A stretch of DNA of 64,000 nucleotides from Candidatus Xenobia bacterium. GTDB lineage: Bacteria; Vulcanimicrobiota; Xenobia; Xenobiales; QWHO01. The notes beneath the pieces are model-generated. The model was not told the DNA's origin and did no database searches. It saw only the letters and a program-made list of their open reading frames with translations. Shown here one piece after another: positions 58,610 through 64,000 of the stretch; within the stretch, counting starts at the first letter, position 1, and each line of letters begins with the position of its first letter. Where the stretch lies: positions 64,001-128,000 of the forward strand of contig BTUM01000001.1 in the NCBI GenBank assembly GCA_045863235.1, given 5' to 3'. The translations under genes were made by a program, and so were the position numbers.

Positions 58610-60030
58610 ACCCCTTCCTGCTCAAGGCCCTGTGGCAGCTCAAAAGGTCACGCCGGATCTGGGTGCAGACGCTGCTGCTCTGCGTGACACTCTGGTTGGG
58701 CGCCTTCTACACCTATCTCGCTCTGACACTCCTGGTCGTCTTTGCCACCGCCCCCCACTTCGGCGAGGAGCGACAGCGCGGCAGCCTCTGGGTCTCAGGC
58801 ATCACCGGCATGACGCCTTTTCAAGAGGCTGTGGGCCGGCTGTCAGGGGCTCTCTTGTCTCCGGCCGTGAGCTGGGGGCTCAGCCAGCTCGTGATGGTCG
58901 GCTGGGGTCGTTTCTCGCTCTCGCTCGCCCTGACTGGCTTGCTCTGGCTGACTTTTGTCGGGGCCGTCGGCCTGGTTGCCTCGCTGACCCGCAACCCCGT
59001 TCGCGCCACCACTACGGCTCTGGCCTGGCTGGTGTTCAGTCCTCTCCTGCCGGCCATTCTGGACAACCCCTTGCCCGGCGCCATGGGCCTGTTCCCATCC
59101 TGGTACCTGCTTGTCCATTCGAACCCCTGGCCTTTGCTGGTCGGTAGCCTGCTGGCCCTGGCCTACCTGACCTTTCGACTGGCTGACAACGCCCCTCTGG
59201 AGGCCGCCTCGCCCAGCGTGGCCGGTGAGGCCCGGGGCCTGGCTCCCCGGCGCGAGGGGGCTTTGCCCCATCAGGCCCCTCCCCGGCTCGAGCCGGCTCC
59301 CCCCAACCTGGTCGACCGGCTGCTCTCGCACTGGAGCGATGACCCCTTCTACCGTGCCTACCGTGATGGCTATTTGCGTCTTTACCGTGACGCGACCGAC
59401 GCCCCCGGGAGCGCCCTGTCACCCGGTCTGGTCTTCTGCGGTCTGCTCGGCCTGGTTAGCAGTGTTCCCGAGCTGCAGCGACTCTTCTCGCTGGGTCTCT
59501 TCATGACCCTGATCGGCATCGCTTTGAGCGGCCTGGGGGCGCTGCTGGTGGGCTCCAAGTCGATGCAGGCCGAGGGCGAGGGCGCCATCTGGCCTCTTCT
59601 GCTGGTCACCGGGATGACGCCCTCGCGGGTGCTGGGCGGTAAGTTCGCTACCTCGTTCTTTGCCGTCTCGGGTGAGTGGAGGGTCTGCCTGGTCGCCTAC
59701 CTGCTGGTCCTCTTCGTCCAACCTTGCCTGGTGCCGCTGCTCTTTCTGCACCCTGCTGTCATTGCGCTGGGAGCCCTTCTGGGCCTCGGCCTGGCCTGCA
59801 CCAGTCGACGCGAGGGCGGCCTGGTGCAGGTTCTTCTGGTTCTCCTGATGGGGTTGAATCTGGCCTTTGTGGTCCCGCCTCTCTACGCCGCCCTGGTCGG
59901 TGGTTTCTCGCTGGGCACGCTCTCCATCTTGAGCCTGGAGCTGGCGATGGTCGTGCTCTTGAGCCTGGTGCTGCTTCCCTGGGTGCGGGTGCGGCTGGCC
60001 GAGCGCATGGAGCCCGAATCGATCCGGTAA
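58606..60030 (+). CDS. ABC-2-type permease-like membrane protein (two related halves)
   Basis: Multiple TM segments; repeated E...G.(L/I)W.....TGMTP motif; translationally coupled to the ATPase. Confidence 0.75.
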   Translation: MNPFLLKALWQLKRSRRIWVQTLLLCVTLWLGAFYTYLALTLLVVFATAPHFGEERQRGSLWVSGITGMTPFQEAVGRLSGALLSPAVSWGLSQLVMVGWGRFSLSLALTGLLWLTFVGAVGLVASLTRNPVRATTTALAWLVFSPLLPAILDNPLPGAMGLFPSWYLLVHSNPWPLLVGSLLALAYLTFRLADNAPLEAASPSVAGEARGLAPRREGALPHQAPPRLEPAPPNLVDRLLSHWSDDPFYRAYRDGYLRLYRDATDAPGSALSPGLVFCGLLGLVSSVPELQRLFSLGLFMTLIGIALSGLGALLVGSKSMQAEGEGAIWPLLLVTGMTPSRVLGGKFATSFFAVSGEWRVCLVAYLLVLFVQPCLVPLLFLHPAVIALGALLGLGLACTSRREGGLVQVLLVLLMGLNLAFVVPPLYAALVGGFSLGTLSILSLELAMVVLLSLVLLPWVRVRLAERMEPESIR

Positions 60031-60080
60031 CACTGCGCTAACATCGTGCCCACCCGGGTCCTCCTATAGTGGGCAACGCT

Positions 60081-60557
60081 ATGATGATCACAACCTTGAC
60101 AACGCCAGCACCGGCGCGCCGTGCGGCCGCGCCTTCCAATCCGCCGCCTCAGCCTCCGCCCGAGCAAGATCCCGAAGAAGAGTTGATGAAGCGCACCTTC
60201 ATCTGGGGCGGCGCCAGCGCCGCCATCGGCGCGGTCAGCTGCGTCGCCACAACGGCCGCCTATGCTCTGGGCGGACCGGGAGTGGGCCTGGGCGTCCAAC
60301 TCGGCCTCTGCCTGGCGGGCGGCCTGGGTGGCGGCTTTTACGTGGCTAACTTCCTGCACACTCCTGAGCCTCACAACCGCACCCTCGGCTTCCTGGCAGG
60401 GGCGGGCGCCATGGCGCTGACCACCACCTTCGGTCGCATGGCCGGGCTCTCGGGAGCACCGGTCATGACGGGTCTTGCGGCCGGCCAGGCCAGCATGGGC
60501 TTTGGATTGCTCTACGGTGGCTACGGCTCGATCATTTTGGGCCAGAAGGAAACCTGA
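60081..60557 (+). CDS. Hypothetical Gly-rich membrane protein with a Pro-rich N-terminal leader
   Basis: MMITTLTTPAPARR leader followed by four glycine-zipper-like hydrophobic segments. Confidence 0.65.
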   Translation: MMITTLTTPAPARRAAAPSNPPPQPPPEQDPEEELMKRTFIWGGASAAIGAVSCVATTAAYALGGPGVGLGVQLGLCLAGGLGGGFYVANFLHTPEPHNRTLGFLAGAGAMALTTTFGRMAGLSGAPVMTGLAAGQASMGFGLLYGGYGSIILGQKET

Positions 60558-60599
60558 GCCCTGCAGGTCGGTTTCAAGCTTTGAGGGAATGACGCCCGC

Positions 60600-62129
60600 A
60601 TGCTCAAACGCTTGATAATGCTGATTGTGATGTTATCCGCCGCGGTCCTGAGCCAGGACGAAGTGGTGGGCACCTATAAGAAAACCATCAATACTCGGAC
60701 CCAGACCCTGGTGCTGAGCAGCAACCGCAACGCCCAGCTGACCACCGAATTCTCCGGCGGCAAGACCATCGTGCAGAAAGGCACCTGGAAGGTCAGCGGG
60801 GAGCTGTTGACTCTGAGCCTGACCCAAAAAAATGGTCAGAAGGCGTCTGAGACCATCGTCTTTCAGCGCGACGGAGCTGAGCTGGTGGCCACCCAGTACA
60901 ACGTCAAGAACTGGGGCGCCAGCGGCATCGTGCTCGAGCGTTACGATCCCAACCCCCAACCGGCCGCCGCCCGACCGGTCATCGACACCCTGGTGGTCAG
61001 TCCCGCCCGGGTGATGAAGGTGGGTGAGGAGCTGACCGTGCTGATGACCGGCACTCCCGGCGGACAGGCCAGCTTCGAGGTTCTCGGCGCGGCTCAGGAT
61101 GTGGTGCTGCCCGAGGTCTCCAGCGGCCGGTACCAGGCCAACTTGAAGCTGACCAGCGCCATGGTGGTGCGGGATGCGGCCCTGGTGGGTCGGCTCTCCA
61201 AGGACGGTCAGGAGGTGCTCAAGGAGGCCAGCCGCACGGTTACCATTGAAGGGGCGGCGCCACCTCCGGCCGCTCGGGTGGAGCTGTTGCCGCGTCCCAA
61301 GAGCCGCGTCTTCGACGCGCGGCCTCTGGTGGGGGCAACCTTCTCTGCCCCGGTGGAGGGGGCCGCGTACCGGCTCTGGCTCGACGGTGCCGAGGTGACC
61401 GGCTACAGCAAGATCACCGAAAACATGCTCCACTTCAAGCCTCGTAAGGACCTGGCCCAGGGTCGGCACTCGGTCCGCCTGCTCGGCCCCAATGTGGACG
61501 AGACCTGGAACTTTACCGTGGCCGGCCAGATGCGGCCTCAGGTGAGCCCGGCCGACGGCGCGCAGGTGAATACCGCCCGCCCTGAGTTGCGAGTCCGCTT
61601 CGACCAGCCGGTTCAGACCGTGACGCTGCGCCTCTGGCTCGACTCGAGCGAGGTCACCGGCTACGCCCAGATGAGCAGCTATGAGATCGCCTACCAGCCT
61701 GGCTTTGATCTGACCCCGGGGACGCACCAGGCCCGGGTGGCGGCTCGTGGAGCCAGCGGAGAGAACTGGGACTATACCTGGAGCTTCCAGGTCGGTGGGT
61801 CGCTCGCTCCGGTGGGCCTGCAACTGCAGGTCGCCTCTCCCACCACCGGCCAGAAAGTGCCAGAGAGCTTCGTGATGACCGGCACGGCCACGCCCGGCTC
61901 CATCGTGGAGCTGACCGGCACGGTCACCCAGCCGCTCATTCCCGGGGTCATCGGCATCAAGAGCCAGAACTTGAAGTACAGCGTCTATACCGACCCGACC
62001 GGCGGCTGGCAGCTGCCCGTGGCCGTGAAGGCCCCCAACGGGTCGGTGCTGGAGCTGACGGTGTTGGCTCGCGACGCGGCCGGGGCTCAGTCCAATCCGG
62101 TCAAGATTCGCTGCACGATCGCGAAGTAG
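60600..62129 (+). CDS. Exported multi-domain protein (NlpE-like barrel plus Ig-like repeats)
   Basis: Signal peptide; repeated P..G......RP.....F.......RLWLD..EVTGY...GxH...W.F.V modules. Confidence 0.75.
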   Translation: MLKRLIMLIVMLSAAVLSQDEVVGTYKKTINTRTQTLVLSSNRNAQLTTEFSGGKTIVQKGTWKVSGELLTLSLTQKNGQKASETIVFQRDGAELVATQYNVKNWGASGIVLERYDPNPQPAAARPVIDTLVVSPARVMKVGEELTVLMTGTPGGQASFEVLGAAQDVVLPEVSSGRYQANLKLTSAMVVRDAALVGRLSKDGQEVLKEASRTVTIEGAAPPPAARVELLPRPKSRVFDARPLVGATFSAPVEGAAYRLWLDGAEVTGYSKITENMLHFKPRKDLAQGRHSVRLLGPNVDETWNFTVAGQMRPQVSPADGAQVNTARPELRVRFDQPVQTVTLRLWLDSSEVTGYAQMSSYEIAYQPGFDLTPGTHQARVAARGASGENWDYTWSFQVGGSLAPVGLQLQVASPTTGQKVPESFVMTGTATPGSIVELTGTVTQPLIPGVIGIKSQNLKYSVYTDPTGGWQLPVAVKAPNGSVLELTVLARDAAGAQSNPVKIRCTIAK

Positions 62130-63576
62130 GCGCCTGGCCGGCGAACAGGAGCCCGAGCTCCTCCGGGGGCGTGTCGGGGGGGACGATCCCCACGATGCGC
62201 CCCCCCTCCATGACCGCCAGCCGGTCGGACAGCGTGCGCAGCTCATCCAGGTCTTCCGAGATCAGCAGGATGGCCGTGCCGCGCGCCTTCTCGTCGAGCA
62301 GCAGGCGGTGGATGGCACGGGTGGCTCCCAGGTCCACTCCCCGGGTGGGTTGGGCCGCGACCAGCAGTCGGGGCTGGCGCGACAGCTCGCGCGCCAGCAC
62401 CAGTTTCTGCAGGTTGCCGCCCGAGAGGGTGCGTGCGGGCGCCTCCACCGAGGAGGTCTTGACAGAGTACTCCTCGACCAGCGCTCGAGCCCGCTGCTGG
62501 ACCGCGCCCGGTTGCAGCACGCCCTGCCTGGCCAGGGGGGGACGGGGATAGTCGCGCAGGATCAGGTTCTCGCTCAGGCTGAAGTCAAGAATGCTGGCCG
62601 TCCTCTGGCGGTCTTCGGGCACGTAAGCCAGACCCGCCTCCAGCCTGTGGCGGATGCTCATGGCGGCCAGCTCCTGGCCGTCGAGTCGGGCGCTGCCTTC
62701 AAACGGGCTCAGCCCGGCCAGGGCATCGGCCAGTTCGCGCTGACCGTTGCCGCTCACCCCGGCCAGCCCCACGATCTCGCCCTGATGCACCGTGAGGTCG
62801 ACGCCCTTCAGCCTGGGGGGCACGGCCAGCTGACTCAGCTGCAACCGGGGGGTGGAGGAAACCGGACCGCGCTCGAGCGGCAGCGGCTCGAGCTCGCGGT
62901 CGACCATCAGCCGGGCCAGCTCTCCAGGGGTGGTCTGGGAGACGCTCGGGATGTGACTGACCAGCTTCCCCTGACGCAGCACGCTGACCCGGTCGCAGAG
63001 CTCCATCACCTCCCCGAGCTTGTGGCTCACGAACACCACTCCTCGGCCCTGGGCCACCATCCGGCGCAAAACGACAAAGAGCGGCTTGACCTCCAGCGGG
63101 GTGAGCACGGCGGTGGGCTCGTCCAGCAAGAGCAACCAGGCTTCCTGAGCCAGGGCCCGCAGAATTTCCACCCTCTGGCGCTCGCCCACCGAGAGCTCAG
63201 CCACCGGGGTGCTCCAGGGAAGGCTCAGGGAATATTCTTCAGCCAGCTGCTGGGGATGCTGGCGCAGGCCGGCCAGAACCAGATTCTGGGCCACCGTCAG
63301 CTCGTCCACCAGCATGAAGTGCTGGTGCACCGTGGCGATGCCCAGGCGCAGCGCCTGGGTGGGCGAGGTCAGCAGCAGCGGCCGACCCTCGGACAGCACC
63401 CGGCCGCTGTCGGGGCGCACCAGCCCGCTGAGCACCTTGAGCAGGGTCGACTTGCCGGCCCCGTTCTCGCCCAGCAGGGCGTGGATCTGCCCGCTTTCAA
63501 AGCTCAGGCTGACGTCTTGCAGGGCCCGGGTGGACCCGTAGCTCTTGTTGATGCCCTCCAGGGCAAGCCGCCTCAC
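62101..63576 (-). CDS. Nucleoside/sugar ABC transporter ATP-binding protein (double ABC domain)
   Basis: GENGAGKST, LSVGERQRVEI, DEPTAVL, LSGGNLQK, QPTRGVD; GTG 63576 overlaps the BMP stop. Confidence 0.95.
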   Translation of the reverse strand: MRRLALEGINKSYGSTRALQDVSLSFESGQIHALLGENGAGKSTLLKVLSGLVRPDSGRVLSEGRPLLLTSPTQALRLGIATVHQHFMLVDELTVAQNLVLAGLRQHPQQLAEEYSLSLPWSTPVAELSVGERQRVEILRALAQEAWLLLLDEPTAVLTPLEVKPLFVVLRRMVAQGRGVVFVSHKLGEVMELCDRVSVLRQGKLVSHIPSVSQTTPGELARLMVDRELEPLPLERGPVSSTPRLQLSQLAVPPRLKGVDLTVHQGEIVGLAGVSGNGQRELADALAGLSPFEGSARLDGQELAAMSIRHRLEAGLAYVPEDRQRTASILDFSLSENLILRDYPRPPLARQGVLQPGAVQQRARALVEEYSVKTSSVEAPARTLSGGNLQKLVLARELSRQPRLLVAAQPTRGVDLGATRAIHRLLLDEKARGTAILLISEDLDELRTLSDRLAVMEGGRIVGIVPPDTPPEELGLLFAGQAPTSRSCSES

Positions 63577-64000
63577 TTCTGCTCGCGCAGGGCCTTGTCG
63601 TAGGAGGCGCGGACCTTTTCGCTCACCGGAACCTGGGGATTGAAGACGCTCACCAGGCCATTGCCGTAGGTGAGCCGGTACTGCTTGCCTCCGGGACGAC
63701 CCTGGCGGCGCTCTTGGAGGATGTCCTGCAGCACCGGGGTCCAATCGTAGGTCTGGCACACCACCACCTGGTCGGGTGCCAGCGAGGCCTGGTTGGCCTG
63801 GGTGCCCACCCAGAGGAGCTTCTTCTCGCGCGCCACGTTGATGGCTCCGGCCACCTGCTGGGCCGAGCCCGTCAGCACGTCTGCTCCGGCCTGCACCTGG
63901 ACGCTGGCCGTCTCGGCCGCCTGGGAGGTGTCCGAGAAGCTGCCCGTGTAGGCCACGAGGACCTTCACGTCTGGACGGGTCGCTTTTGCCCCGGCCTGGA
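63573..64000 (-). CDS. BMP-family ABC substrate-binding protein (5'-truncated by the window edge)
   Basis: YTGSFSD...A.ETA......GADVL motif; directly upstream of the cognate ATPase. Confidence 0.8.
   Translation of the reverse strand, partial: QAGAKATRPDVKVLVAYTGSFSDTSQAAETASVQVQAGADVLTGSAQQVAGAINVAREKKLLWVGTQANQASLAPDQVVVCQTYDWTPVLQDILQERRQGRPGGKQYRLTYGNGLVSVFNPQVPVSEKVRASYDKALREQK

Overview
GC-rich bacterial chromosomal window. The gene content suggests a diderm Terrabacteria lineage, possibly Eremiobacterota/Vulcanimicrobiota-like; this taxonomy is inference from secA-prfB and uvrC-rapZ-yvcK synteny plus SLH-anchored outer-membrane barrels. Housekeeping genes: secA, prfB (+1 frameshift), proBA, dnaE, uvrC, rapZ, yvcK, two S41 proteases and a split BMP-type (nucleoside) ABC transporter. 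Two paralogous ~900-aa SLH/beta-barrel (SlpA/OmpM-like) genes flank a class C (IIC) group II intron. The intron sits right after a terminator, and its RT gene is destroyed by an internal inversion plus deletions. The best candidate for an undescribed system is a minus-strand operon: vWA protein, pyruvate-kinase-like barrel and glutamine-dependent NAD synthetase. Its sigma70-like promoter is overlapped by a 21-bp NrtR-type palindrome (CT-N7-AG). The run continues, tightly packed, into a receiver protein, a membrane protein, a secreted CHAT protease, two atypical Clp-type AAA+ ATPases and a Ser/Thr receptor kinase. Other notable items: an orphan NrdR-box array embedded in twin inverted CTAG-bounded hairpin units, tandem MntR/DtxR-like boxes, several apparent pseudo-enzymes (subtilase, ABC ATPase, GGDEF), and proteins with non-Sec leaders, two of which share an upstream motif. 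All calls come from reading motifs by eye; no database search was run.
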